From positions 248,001 to 312,000 of the forward strand of contig CDMY01000499.1 of the NCBI GenBank assembly GCA_001179505.1: a DNA stretch of 64,000 bases, given 5' to 3'. Origin of the DNA: Vitrella brassicaformis CCMP3155. Lineage: Eukaryota; Protista; Chromerida. A program made the position numbers and the translations under genes. Within the stretch, counting starts at the first letter, position 1; every line of letters starts with the position of its first letter. Of this stretch, positions 10,510 through 24,220 are shown piece after piece. The notes under the pieces were generated by a model. That model saw nothing but the letters and a program-made list of their open reading frames with translations, was not told the DNA's origin and did not search any database.

Positions 10510-13500
10510 ATGGATGGGCCGCCCTTGCAAGAGAGCGCCTGCTCGCTTCCTGCCGCCGAATCTTCTCCGCCTTCAAGACGCACCGCCATGACCAAACGCG
10601 CCTCGCCAAGCGCCTCGCCAAGGCGACCCCTGTCCTTCTCCATCTGTGGTGAGCCAGTAGATGACAGACAACCATGCCTTTCTGCAGCGCTGCAGGCCAC
10701 TGCGCTAGCTATTGTTTGTTGCGCTGTCGCCGTGTTCAGCTGCCGTGCTGCTGTATGTGGTCCCTTTCTTCTCGTGCAATAATTCCAATGTGGCAGCAGC
10801 ACCGGCCGGCTCGAATGGCATTTCCCTGTCCGAAGACAAGTGGTGGAACCCCTTCCCGGCCGACAACAGCAGCAGTGGCGAGGGGGGGAGGGCCCCTTCT
10901 GCCACTGCTACTGCTACTGCTGCTGCCACTTCGACAGGGGGCAACAACGTCAGAGGTCAGGACCCCAGCAACCACGACCACAAGGTGTCGGCATACGCCT
11001 CAGCAAACAGCACACAAGGCGCTGAGGAGCTCACCGACGCCGACCTATTGACCAATCCTCTCGCCGCCAAGACCCAGAGGGAAGAGGAGCCGGAGGAGGC
11101 AGAGGTGGAGGTGGATGTGGCGGCAGAAGGAGAGGAAGAACAAACACCGCCCCCGGCCGACACCGGCAGTGTCAACGAGCCCGAGCCCGAGCCCGAGACC
11201 ATGCCCGAGAAGAAGGCAAACGTGGCGATGCGGTCGGTGTGTTTCGAGTCGGGTCTCGAGTATGGGATCAAGGGCCAGGAGGGCACAGCCGCCCCTCTGG
11301 CCGTGGTGGGGGAGGTGCCTGGCGTGGCGTCCGCCCCCGACTGTCAGCAGGAGTGCCTTGCGCAGGAGGCGTGCACGCACTTCACATGGGACTCGCAGGA
11401 GCTGCTGTGCAGCCTCAAGAACTTGCCGAAGAGTGAGAGCGAGCAGGAGACCCTCAAGGCCGACTCGACCGTCACATCAGGCCCTCGTGTGTGCGGTGAG
11501 ATGCCATGCCCCACCCAGCCACCCACCTAGCCGCTGGCAGGCACTCACACACTTCTGATCTGATTGGTGTCTGCGCGTGCCTGCCTGCCTGCAGGTGTGG
11601 ACATCCCTTATTGCGCCGAGCTGGACGTTGACATAGATGCGGAGGGCAGCGGGATGGTGGAAGACTCGCCCTCGCCCAAGGCGTGTTCTGAGTCGTGCCG
11701 CGAGACTCGAGAGTGCGACTTGTTCGTGTGGGGATGGGGCGGCGAGAACACCACTTGCTGGATGAAGAAGCTGCCCCTCAATGGGAAGATCCCCAAGGCC
11801 GGCGTCGTGTCGGGCACCAAATCATGCTCTTGTAAGCAGAGCGGTGTGGTGACAAACAGTGAACACTCACAGCACCAATCTATCAAATCAATCGTCTTTT
11901 CCCTCCCTCCCTTTTGTCTGTCGTCAGCGCCCGACATTGGGCACACGTACCAGAAGGCCTCCATGAAGCCATTCGCCTCGAGCTCACTGGCCATCCCGGT
12001 CCCCGACGACCCGCCATGCTTCACCCTTGGCCAGTCCATCAAGGGCACAGAGGAGGCCGTCCTTGAGAGGACCGAGTCGGCCGAGCGGTGCCAGACGCTC
12101 TGCCAGATGTCCGGGACCTGCAAGGCCTTCACATTCGACGTGCTCACTAACATGTGTCGGCTCGAGGCGGACGAGGGGGCTTCGCGTGTGGAGGCCCTGG
12201 CGACTTTTGTGTCGGGCCCCCGCACCTGTGGGTGGCCTCGATTCACCGACGATGCCGGGGCGGCCGGGACAGAGGGGCTGTCAACGGAGACGGCCGGCAA
12301 TGTGACCCCTCAGGCTGGCGCCGCGATCGGTGCGGACGACTGGTTCGTGGAGGCGACTTTGGCCAAGATGGACCTGAAGCAGAAGATCTCGCAGATGGTC
12401 ATCGTGCCCATCGTGTTCCTGCAAGACCCGGCCATGCTGGAGGAGTGGTCCATCGGTGGCCTCTTGTGGATCCCCGGCTGGTTCAGAGGCGAGAAGTCGT
12501 CCAAGGGCATCGTCAACGCGTGGGACAACTTCTACGACAACGCCATCAAGCCCACAGGCGGGCGGGTCCCCATCCCGCCCCTCATCGCCACGGACGCCAT
12601 CCACGGCCACAACAACATGCCCGGCGCGACACTATTCCCACATAACATAGGTCTCGGGTGTGCCAACGACACCGACCTGATGCGGCGGATCGGCAGGGCA
12701 ACGGCTGCTGAGGTGTCTGTCACGGGCGTGGACTGGACCTTGGCGCCCACTGTGGCCGTGACGCGTGACGACAGGTGGGGGCGGACCTACGAGTCGTTCG
12801 CTGAGGAGCCATACACCGCCAAGAGACTCATCGGCGCCCTCGTCAGGGGGATTCAGGTGTGCTGGTGAACGGAGAGAGAGACACGCCGACACAGAGAGGT
12901 GTGTGTGTGTGAGTGCGCAGGGCGAGTCGGATGACCCCAAGACCTTTTTGAAGGACGGTAAGTTGCTGACGACGTGCAAGCACTTCATCGGCGACGGTGC
13001 GCCGGTGGGCGGTATCACCGACGGCAACGTGCTGCTGGGCGAGGAAGAGCTGAGACGAGTGCACCTGCCGCCGTTCAGGGCGTGCATGTCGGATGGCAAG
13101 GCGCAGGCAGTGATGCCCTCGTTCACCCTCTTCAACGGCGTGCACATGCACGCCTACAAATTCCTTATCACCGACGTGCTCAAGGTGACTTGATAGATAC
13201 CCATTTGTCGCGCATCCTCTCTCTCTGTTGGCTCCTTCAGCACACATTTGACTTTGACGGCTTGGTGGTGGGAGATTGGAGTGCGCACAGGGCGGTCAAG
13301 GGCTGCACGGTCATCGACTGCCCGGAGACCATCAATGCGGGCGTGGACATGCTCATGGTCGGCGACGGCATGGACAACTGGCAGAAGTTCATCACCAATA
13401 CCATGCGGCGCGTCAGGGAAGGCACCATCCCCCTCTACCGGATCGACGACGCCGTCCGACGCATCCTCACCGTCAAGATGAGGTACGGCCTCATCGGACC

Positions 13501-14508
13501 CGACGGCTCCAAAGTCAAGGGCAAGCCATCCACACGGAAATACGCCAACCAATACGACCTCCTCCACTCAACCGAGCACGCCGCACTCGCGCGCGAGGCC
13601 GTCCGCAAGTCACTCGTCCTTCTGAAGAACAACAACGCCGCGCTGCCACTGCCCAAGGGCGGGAGTGTGTGGGTGGTGTCTCGGCTGACGGCCGGCCGCA
13701 AGGTGCTGCCAGGGAAGCCGCCGTACGAGGGCGCCGACTCGCCTTTGGCCAACTGGATCCCCGCCATGACGGGGGCGTGGTCGCTGGAGTGGCAGGGCGA
13801 CAACATCGGCAACAAGGAGTTCCCTCAGGCCACGTCGGTGTGGAAGGGCATCAAGCTTAAGGCCGCTCACTACGGCGGCAGTGCGTACCTGAGCGAGATG
13901 GAGGCGGACGACAGGCCCCCTGAGGCCGTCGACACGGTGGTGGTGGTGCTGGGGGAGCTGCCCTATGCCGAGGTGTATGGCGACCTCGGAGAGACCAGCC
14001 TGGCACTGCACGCCAGGTGGCCAACGCACCTGTGTGTGTGATGTGATGGACTGATGCATTTCTCCCTACCTATGTGTGTGGTGTCTGTCTGACCGTCAGG
14101 TACCCCCGTGACCTCGAGCTGCTGGATAAGGTCAAGGCGACTGTGTCGACGAGCACCAAAGTGGTGTGTGTGCTGCTGTCCGGCCGCCCGCTGTACGTCA
14201 ACCCCCATCTCAACCGATGCGACGCCTTCGTGGCCGCCTGGCTGCCGGGCACCGAAGGCGGCCTGGGCATCGCTGACGTCCTCTACGGCGACAGACCCTT
14301 CTCGGCCAAACTCAGCTACTCGTGGCCAGCACGGCCCTGCCAGGCCGTGGTCAACGATGGGAGCGGTGAGGTCCCGCTGTTCCCCTTCGGCCATGGGTTC
14401 ACTTATGAGGAGGGTGCGCCTGAGCTGGGGTGGCTGGAGGAGTTCTGGGCGGAGGAGTGCGCCAACCAGGGCATCGTCATGCGAAAGCGATTCGAGCAGA
14501 GCCAATGA
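10510..14508 (+). CDS. Three PAN/Apple domains + GH3 beta-glucosidase/beta-glucan exohydrolase; N-terminal hydrophobic segment; start uncertain
   Basis: Three Cys-patterned Apple repeats (C...CQQECLAQEAC.HFTW...C.LK...SGPRVC and two similar). GH3 motifs DAIHGHNN, FPHNIGLG, APTVAVTRDDRWGRTYESF, KHFIGDG, nucleophile in VVGDW (13274-13276), AVRKSLVLLKN, acid/base in GELPYAE (13970-13972), AAWLPGTEG, LFPFGHG. Introns start at 11496, 11832, ~12857, ~13185, 14017. The frames of 10510-10782 and 10709 onward do not join cleanly, so the 5' end is unresolved. Confidence 0.85.
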
Positions 14509-15944
14509 TATGATGCTCGTCTGGTGGTGGTGCCTGGGGTGAGTGTGCAGATCAGATGATGGGATATGGGCGGTAGGTGGGGGGCTGCGTGTGCTCGACG
14601 TGTGGATGGATGGATGCCGGTGGGTGCAGGCAGATGAGATAGATGGTAGGTACGAGTAAGTGTGCAAGTGTCTTTCTCTGTCTGTGGATCGATTCGATGG
14701 GGTGATACTCACATCACACGCATCACACAAATGGGGGCTGGCTGGACGTGCCCACAAGGTGCACACACACATCCCTGTTTGCACATGTGTGTGCACTAAT
14801 TCACCACTGGATGGACGGCGGCACATAGCATAACATCGATAGCTAGCTAGATATCATCGCACTCACTTGCAAAGCCGACAGACAGACAGACAGACAGACG
14901 AGTGTGTCTCCTCTGCAGCACTTTTGTTTATGTGTGGGTGGCGCTGCGTGGCGTGGGGCGGCGGGCGTTTTGTAATTTGAGATGGTCTCTTCTTGTGCTG
15001 CGGGTGCATCAGACCTGGTGTGTCAATCAGTTGTGTCGTTGCCCAAGCCATCGCACTGACTGACTGACAATCCGCCTTTATGGTTTTAGCCGTACGTATA
15101 TCCACGTATGTATACTTCCAAAAGATCGGAGGTTTGGTAAGGCCAGGCGTCTGTCTATCGCCTCGTGTGCACGTCTGTCTGTCTGTCTGCCCGGCTGTCT
15201 GTCTCTTTGTGGATAACACTGGATGTGCAATCAATGTGGCTGAGGACTCACTCGGTTGTGTGCACTTGCTTCCCTTGCGTGTCTGTGCCGTGCGGTGGTG
15301 CGGTGCTGCGGTGAAGACCTCAGAACATTTATAATACACAATTGAGAACAACACATCAGGATTGGTCCACTTCATGAAAGGAAGACACGGACAGACACAC
15401 AACACATGCACCACTGACTGCATCGCCCGTCCGCACCTTTTTCAGTCAGCTACACGCACCAACAAGAGATCGACGCAGTGTCACTCACTCATTCGCAGCC
15501 ACCTATCTGGTGAATGAATCGTCCAATGAATCACCCATCGCGCCATCCATCCACCCATCGCCCTCTCATCTTTATTGTATAGCTAGCGAAGCCGTTTAAT
15601 GAGGACCGAGGGCCACACATACCGATATATATAGGGACCATTCGAGTCTTCAAGGTGCGATGGTTCGAGTTCTTCGATTTGCTGCTTTTACTCGGCTAAT
15701 GCGTTTTCTCGCCGGCCGGCCGGCCGGCCGGCCCAGGCAGGCGAGCAGGTGGGCCGGTCAGGAAGCACGCAGCACACGACACACCTCTCCCCTCTCCACC
15801 CACCCACGGACCGCCCCACAGCTAAGGAAAAACTTTCGGCGAAGCCGCTCGTCTATCTGACACACAAACAGGGCACGGCAGTGGAGCACGGTGCGGCCTG
15901 TGGCGTCGATTTAGTGGGGATCTCATGTCACCTGGGGAGTATGG

Positions 15945-18677
15945 TCAGCGTTCTGCTGCCGATGCCGATGCCGATGCCGATGCTAGCGGCACGCGCAGAC
16001 GGCCCTGATTGATGCACACACGTGATTGATTGATTTCTGTCCGGCTGTCTGTCTGGCTGGCTGTCTGGTTGAGTGAATGAATGTATACCGTGTTGTCGTT
16101 CTTGTAGACGTCGTCGATCCAGTTCATCAGGTGGCCCACTCGCCCACTGTGTTTTCGCTCACCATCGTAGTACTGAAGCACGACCTGAGACACCGTCTTC
16201 CCACGCAGAGAAGCCAAATTCCTCCCGTCAAACGCCATCTGTATCACACACCCGAACGAAAAGAGAGAGACAGACCAGTGAGTGGATGGGGTGGAGGTGT
16301 GCTCGCTACACCTCGCTGCACTGACCTCCTCAACGACCTCAAGGGCAGCGTGTGCCTTCTGCTTCTTTAGGGCCGCCACCAGGTCCACATGCGACAGCAT
16401 GTGGAGCTTGTCGACGTACTCACTGCTCCCCCCTCCACGTTCATCACCCTCCCCGTCGGCCACCAAGTCTACCACCTCACCCTGCTGATGCCCGACACCG
16501 CTCGCACCTTCCGGCCCACGCCCATCCCGTGTTTTTGCCCCGGACGCACCCGTCTCTACCTTGACCCGAGACGCACCCTGCACCCTCTCGGCGGATGCTA
16601 CTGCTACTGCCGCTGCTGCTGCTGCTGCTGGAGGGTCATGTTGCCCACCCATCTGCTCCTGCTTGATGGTGGTTCCGCCCTGACGGCTGTGCTGGTTGTA
16701 GTCGGCTGGTGGTGTGTCGGCGAGCTCCGTCTTGACGACAGCACTGGGTGCAGGAGGTGGCTGTGGCTGTGTCTGTGGCTGTGGGTGCCCCTCACCGTCC
16801 CTCTCCCCGGCAGCTCCCACCGCTGGCCGCTCCTCATGCTGCTGGTCCTGGTGCATAGGGTGGTTCTCTTGCTGCGGTGGCTGGTCCACTGTCAGTGGTG
16901 GCTGCGGCGATGGGGCCTCAGCCATCGCTGAGTTGCCATGAGATGCGGGGACTGTGGCGGCGAGAGGGCGGGGAGGCAGAGGTGGAACTGGTGGCGGCGG
17001 GGGAGGCGGCGCAGCCATGTTGTGACGGATGTGACGGCCTGAGAGGCAGCAGCAGACAGAGCTGTCGGCAGGTTCAACACAGACAGGCTCGGTGTGGGTA
17101 TGTCGAACCTGCCGCCAGGGTCGCAGCAGCAGCGCCACTTGCCGACGCCCGTCGGCCCGTGGGGCGTGGACCATCGCCGACCACACCATCTACGACACCT
17201 CTCCCTTGGCCCTCCCCCTCCCCAGCCCCCTGCCTCTGCGAGAGTCGCCTCTGTTTTGACGATACACCCCCGTGGTCAGCAGATGCCTCACGTTGACGCA
17301 AGGTGCCGCGCCGGCGCTTTCCAGAATGGGCCAGAGGAACCGGCACCCCTTTTTCTCCGAGCTTCCTGGTCATGTGCTGCCATTGCCACGAAGAGGAGGC
17401 CTTCCTCGTGATCTTCAGGCGGATGCGGAGAATCGGAATCCTTGCCCGGGGACGAGTAGCGGAGGTCGAATGTGACACCGTTGGCGACCTCCTTGGAGAT
17501 GCATGAGCCGTATTTGGCCATGAAGGACCGACGGCAGTCCTCCTCCACACTGTTGGGCTGCCCATCCCCATCCGTGGCCGACTCGTCAGGACCGCCAGCA
17601 GCGGCGGCAGCGGCAGCGGCAGCGGCAGCGGCAGCGGCAGCGGCAGCGGCAGCAGGAGGTGGTGCGTCCATAGCCACATCTGACGTACACACAGACACAG
17701 CAACGTGCATGCGGCACGGGCGGCTCTTTCCATTGGGTCCCTGCCCACCCTCTTGCTCCATATCGCCATCCGCCATTCTGCGGTACTCATCATCGTTCTT
17801 GTCAGAGTGCACTGACGCAACCAGACACATACACAGAAGGAAATGACACTCGTGACACGCGGTGCCCGTCTATGTGTCTGACTCGTCAGGTCTGATGACG
17901 ACGGTGCCCCTGCCGCCGCAGCGTCCCTCGCCGATGCCAGCCGGCCCATGCCATCTCGCTGCCCTCCCTCACCCTCACCTCCCCCTCCCTGGTCCGTTGG
18001 TGCAGCGCCACTCGCTTCTCGCTGATCGTCCGTGTTGGTGAGAGCTGCCGCTGCGGGGTCAGGGGGGTGGGGTGGGGGATGGTGGCCCACGTGTTGCTGC
18101 TGCTGCTGCTGCTGCTTCTGGTCTGGGTGATGCTGCACGGCACCGAGTGCGATGTGAGGGCCGTGGTGGGTGGAGGCACCGTCTGGTGCATCGGGTCACG
18201 TGACTTGGGGGCCTCCTCACCCACACCACCTTGCCGTTTGGCTGGCCTGCAACCACATGACCGACACACACAAGCGGGAGGGCAGGAATGAACGGAGGCA
18301 GGCAGGCTTCACAGTGGCGTGTGTCGGGTGGTGTGTGTACCTAGGTTGGCGAAGACGACCATCGTGGGTCGGCCGTCCTCGTCGTTGGCCTGCATCATGT
18401 TGATCGTCGGACCGCCCCGATGATGCGTCAGCAGGGCATTGCAGGCCAGCTCAAACCGAGGGATGATGGACGCGAATCCATACGGCGGGGGCAAGCCGGC
18501 CAGATCTACGCCCTGGCGCTGCCCCGTCTGTCTGTCGACGAATTCGAAGCGGTAGCCACGCCCCTGAGGCTCCTGACGCTCTCGACACTCGATGGCCTCA
18601 AGCTGCCGCACATTCGTCTTTTGCGCTTCAAACGCCTCGCAGATCTGCCGGGCGATGGCCGGGGCTTCGCTGCCCAT
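15945..18677 (-). CDS. Multi-exon low-complexity hypothetical protein (polyA/polyQ/Pro-rich); exon chain not fully resolved
   Basis: Coding-like blocks MGSEAPAIARQICEAF...VVFANL, DVAMDAPPP(A)n...SFMAKYGS..., MAAPPPP...KAHAALE, MAFDGRNLASLRGKTVSQVVL... separated by GT-AG introns with AC/GT repeats. One junction near 18250-18130 does not phase, so this may be two genes or contain a frameshift. Confidence 0.5.
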
Positions 18678-18871
18678 CCTCTCCGCCCTACAAGCTACCG
18701 AAACCGGGTCGAGATGCGAGCTTAGCCGAATGAGAATAGCCGTCCCGCCAACAGGTCCGCTCGTGTTGAGATCACAGGTCAGCCTCCCATCCTTGCACAG
18801 ATCTCCCTTCATTTCCCTCCATTTTGTTCCTCTTGCTGCAGACGGCTGGTGCTTGCCGTTACCCTGGTGGG

Positions 18872-19993
18872 ATGTCCGAGGAGCTCCGCAGCCACACCAT
18901 ATGGGACCAGGAGTGGGAGCCTGCACTGGAAGAGCCAAGCTCTCGCCGCCTGAGGGAGCTGCTCGGGGCCCAGGGCTGCTCCAAGGTCCAGATGTACAGC
19001 GATGGTGGCAGCTATCCTGCCACCATGGATCTTGCGGCCGGAGCCGCCTGCCGCACCATCACATCGGCTGACGATGTCACTCGTCTGTGTCAAGAAGGGG
19101 CCGACGCGGATGCGGCCCTTGAGGTGCACCTGGCGTCCCGTCGAGTGCCGCCTGTTGGGTTGCTGTCCTTGGTCATCATCGACGCCATCATCATCCGCAA
19201 CACCGACACGCGTCTGACCCTCCCTCTGTGGCCATCTCGCGAGCTGCAGCAGGCGGTCCTCGAAGCACTCATCGATGCCGGGGCCGATGCCAACCGTCGG
19301 CCGGGTGAAGGTTTTCGGCCTCTGCCGGCGGCCCGCTCGCGTGCCAACGCCACGGCCGTCGATGCACTGCTCAGGGCTGGTGCGGTCACCCAAGGGATGT
19401 ACCTGGCTTTCCTCCCAAACCAGCCATACCTTCCGTCCCCTCCATGCCCCCAGTACGAGGCCGACCTGCTGAAGGCGTACCGTCGTCTGCTTCAACATGA
19501 TCCCACACTTGCAAGTGAAGAGTTCCGCGACGGCGAGCACACGCTGACCCCCATCCACACGTCCGGGATGGCGGAGGGCTTGATGTCGGCGGAGTTCCTG
19601 CGCTCCTTCCTCACCCTGCTGGCCGAGCACGGCGTTTCCATCACGGCCAGGAATGGTGATAGCTATACGCCCCTCGGCAGCGCCGTGCTCGCGGGTGCGC
19701 CGTGTGTGGTGGAGTGGCTGTGCCAGCGTCTCGGGAGGGAGGAGACCAACAAGAGGCAGCACACAGACGCAGAGGGCATCTCGCTGCTGGAGTATGCTGG
19801 GCATTTCCTGTCCTGCCATCTGAGAGACAAGGCGGCACAGGAGACGGTCGACAGGGCCAGGCAGGTGATCCGCACACTCCTGCGGCACGGTGCGGACATC
19901 CAGCTGATGGGGACCACCACACCACACCGGCGCTTCGTCCGCAAACTCGTGCAGGACATCGGCAAGGAGATGAACCAGCCGAGCGCCCCACCA

Positions 19994-20025
<32 letters not shown>

Positions 20026-21726
20026 GCAGGAGAGTGGTGCCGCCAAGGCCGCCAAGATCGCCGCGAAGCTCATCAGGGAGGAGGCTAGGGAGAAGGTCAA
20101 GAAAGCCAAGAGAGGCGGCAAGAAGGGCGGCAAGGGCGGCGGACACCCGCAGCAGCACGAGCAGCAGCAGCACGGGCAGCAGCAGCAGTCAGTGTCAATG
20201 GAGTGTGAGGTGGTTGATGACGAGGGACCAAGCAGGTGGGCTGACCCATACACCCACGAGTGGCCGTCAGATGGGCAGGGAGGACTTGTGTTCTGTCGGT
20301 CTGTCTGTCTGTCTGTCTTCAGTGTGGCTACTGGTGAGGTCGAAACCGACGCAGACGAGCAGCCGCCCTCCACCTCATCTGCCGACCCACAATCGTAACC
20401 ACACACAGCCACAGTGAAGACGGCCTCATTGCCTCACTGACACGCTCTCTCCCTCTCCCTTGTGTGTCTGTGCAGTGCTGCCCCTTCACCGTCGTGTGAT
20501 GTTTCATCTGCCGTCCCTGCCCCCGCCACTTCGCCTGTCGATCGTGAGGACAGCGATGGAGAGTTCGTGCCCGTCGTCAGGGGTCGTAAGAAACCAAACA
20601 AGAAGGCACGCCCACACCTACAGTCCGACCAACAAGAGCCGGCCCCACACGCCAGCATGCACCTGTGACCCAAACACAGCCGCTCAAGTAAGCCGAATAC
20701 CATAGTCACTCGAATGGCTGCCCACTCCATGTGTGCGTACGTGTGTGTGTGGTGTAGTACTGGTGGTGGGCCTTTCTCATCTTGTGCTGTACGGCGGCCT
20801 CCTGCCGGCCGTGGGCTGGGCGCTCACATACCCACCCAAACACGCGCACACCGGTACGCACACACTCAAAGAGAGATATATGTGCATCATCTGTATGTCA
20901 TGTGTGCATCGTGTTTGTGTGTCAGCGGCCCCCCGCCTCTCGTCCCGATGGCTGCTGTGCGGCCGTCGATCAGCGCCTCGGCATTGCCCCCCCGACCACA
21001 GCACCCCCCTCCCCGCGGGCTTGTGCGCCCACTCGCCGCATCTGTGCGTCAGGGTGCCGATCGACCAGCAGCATCGCCCAGCTGCAATGACACCAACACA
21101 GCATTGGCACACCGGACGCCCGTACCGGCCGGCAGCAGCTCACACGCAGCGGATGGACAGAGAGGGCGCTGTGGCGGGGCACAGGGCGGATTTGGGACGA
21201 CCACTGATGGTGCTGCCGAGCATCTGGTGGGTCAACTGAGCCAACAGGATCAGGAGAACGACGCGTTGATACGGCAGCTGCAAGAGGCCCAATGGAAGTG
21301 AGCGAATCGACATGGAACGACATCCATCCATCCATCCGTCCTTCCATCCATCCATCCGTCCATCCATCCATCCGTCCATGCATCCATCCATCCATATGTC
21401 TCCCTCCCCGTGTGTGACACTACCCCTCAGGCTTGCCCAGGCCACCTCAGCATCTTCCAGCAGTGTGGATGAGGTTCTCCTGTGCGACGTCTGCATGGAC
21501 AACTACAAGTCCATCCTGCTCATCCCATGTGTAAGCACACACAAACACTCTCTTTGTATGGGCGTTATCGTCTCATGTTTCTTTGTTGCCCATGCACGTG
21601 TGGATGCAGCGCCACATCTGTCTGTGTGGTGGGTGTGCTGGCGTGTTGATGAGCGGTCCCCCGGCCGACCGATCCTGCCCGAGGTGCCGACAGCATATCA
21701 CAGACACGCAGCAGGTGTACTTGTGA
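18872..21726 (+). CDS. Ankyrin-repeat protein with C-terminal C3HC4 RING finger (putative E3 ligase)
   Basis: Ankyrin-like repeats ([23 protein letters not shown]), polyQ linker, phase-compatible exons to [17 protein letters not shown]|RHICLCGGC...[16 protein letters not shown] (TGA 21724-21726). Confidence 0.8.
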
Positions 21727-22713
21727 GAGAAGCGAAGCGGATGGCGGGGAGGGAGAGAGGGAGCCGGAGAAGGGAAGTGTTTTGGTGGTTGTAGCGTATC
21801 TCATGTGTCAGGAGCACTCTCGTGTGAGTAGATGTCTTGTTCCCTCATTGCCAATTCACTCTCATGTGCCTGTTTACCGTCTGTATGGGGGCGTGACTCA
21901 GCTGTATCTAGCTAGCTGTTTATCGATCTGTGTACTCTGTGTGTATTTGTACGTATGCATCGCATCGCGCGACGAAAACTGGTATGTGCTAGCGTGTCTT
22001 GGTTGTCGACTTAGCCTGCTCTTATGCGACGTGGTGCAGTAGGTAGAGATCGATCATAGGTCCTTGGATTTTGCAACACATGCCTTGCCACAAATGTCAT
22101 GATGTGCACTGAGTGCATCGCTCTACTCGACCCCGTGCTGTCTGCCCTTGCCCCTCACTTCCTCTAGCAGTCGATCGGCGTCGCTGCTGCTTTCACAAAA
22201 CCAACCTTCCCGTTCACCTACCCACGCACATGCTACCCTCACCCTGCGTGTTCAGATATTTGTGTCTCGCTCACTCATCACATACAAACGACTAAAGATA
22301 GACTGTAGGCAGCTGTATTCTGCCTGCCATGTTTGTCTGCATGACGTCAGCTCACCCATCAAGTCAGTCGTTCGGCACATGCACTCGGACTGAGACACAA
22401 GGCAGGAAGGAAGCTCAGACTCAACCACTCCACCCACCGGCCAGAAAAGGCACGACCCACCCACAGGCACACCAAGCAAGGGAATGGGATGAGAGAGAAC
22501 AGCTGTGGGTCTCATACTTGCATTCTTCGTCTTGTGAATGCATGGCTGAACGCTGTCAGTGTCTCTGCTGGGTGGGGGATCTCTCTCGTGTGCTGCCATG
22601 AAGAACGGAAGACGATCGATCGATGAATTGATTCATCATCAACAATGGCCGCATGGCTCATCAAGCTATGCATCAAGTCGGTGTCCACCCATCAATCAAG
22701 ATCAATCAATCAG

Positions 22714-24220
22714 TCATGATCTATCACGATCCGTCCCCCAATCGATCACATCTTCGTCTAGGCTGAACCGCCGCAGCAGCCCGCGGAACAGCGGCATGGA
22801 CACGGGGAAGCGCACGTTCATCGGCTGGGAGGCATCGGCAGCAGGCAACTCAGTCGTCTGCAGCTCGATCTTGCCGCCCCACACAAGGAGGCGAGCCGCG
22901 ACCGTCTCACCGGGTCTGATGCCGCAGAGGATCACCCGACGCGATATGATGTCGTTGCCGCGACTGCACGTTATCCCTGAGAGCGCCCCGATCTCCTCAG
23001 GAAGGGCGTCACCGAGCAGGGACAGAAATCGGCTGTCGTTTTCACCCACGTCCGCCTTGATGTGGGTGCAGGCAGGCAGGGACGTGGACTTGCCTTCGCG
23101 AGAGGCCTGTTGCGATGAGGTGGGGAGCGGGGGAACGAAGATGTTGCTGAGTAGGAAGGAAGTGAAGGAGCTGCGTGCCAAAGGAAACTTCTCGCCGTCC
23201 ATGGGCGGGTCGTACGCGTCGGTTGTCATCCAGATGTCATCGGTGGCCACCCATCTCGATGTAGGCAGATCCACTACTGGATCGTGTCTGTCGTAGCTCT
23301 CAATGTAGCAGTGGTTGGCAGGCAAATCCGCCAACGGCACCACACGGCAATGGTGCAGCAGCGAATCGGCCGGGATGATGAAGTAGCCGGGCCCAGCGGT
23401 CTGCAACGCCATGTTGCGTCCGTCGGTGGGATCCGCCAGCAGGTGGCCCACCATCCGGTAGATGCCCATCATGAGAGGGAATCGGTCGAAGCTCGCGCGC
23501 GTCGGCAGGTTGGCAGCCACCCACAGGGCCGACACGATCAGCGGCAGCGTGCTGTGGGACGTCATGGAGTAGATGATGGCCAGCCGCAAGAGCATACCCA
23601 TCCGCTTCCACTCGCTGCCGCCCTGGTCGAGCACGTAGGCGAACCGCAGGAAGTACTCGAATCGGCTAAGGTTGAAGAACCGGACAGTGTTGCGGTTGAC
23701 GTCAATGAGTCCGGTGAGCTGATGACGGGCCAGCAGGCCGTCGACCCGGGCCAGGAGGACCTCGGCGGTGACGAGTGCGGCGCCGAGTGAGCGAGAGGTC
23801 GCGCGCAGGGGGAGCAGCTCGGTTAGCGGAAGGCATCGCATTACTCGGGCACGCCACAGCTCAATCGGGACGTCACCAGTCCGATCACGCCTGCATGCAC
23901 AGAGAAGGCACAGAGCCGTGACAGATGTGAATCAGCCACACTTTCTCTCGGCTGACCGACCCAGCGTGAGGTCGCACAAAAGAGGCGGCAATCGGCGGCC
24001 TCACGGGAGAGGAGGTGGGAGGGGCGATGGGGGGGGACGGCGGCATGCCGAAGACGGTCGGCGGGACGAGAGTGGGCCGAATGGCAATGGGACGCATGTG
24101 GGCGGCTGCAAGAGGCGGGACGACAGGAACATGGATGAAATGCGACCCAGGATGTGACGGACGAGCCGGAGGGCCCGTGGACGGCCTTTCCGAAGGGTTG
24201 CCGTAGCCCGGCGGCAACAT
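22714..24220 (-). CDS. Hypothetical protein with Pro-rich N-terminus and F-box-like segment
   Basis: Exon 1 MLPPGYGNP...RPHA spliced (phase 2) to exon 2 RDRTGDVPIELWRARVMRCLPLTELLPLRATSR... (F-box-like spacing), open to stop at 22714. Confidence 0.65.

Noticed and set aside
15711-15735. (GGCC)n palindromic run
   Set aside because: Short simple repeat in intergenic DNA with no associated ends or ORF; no function can be supported.
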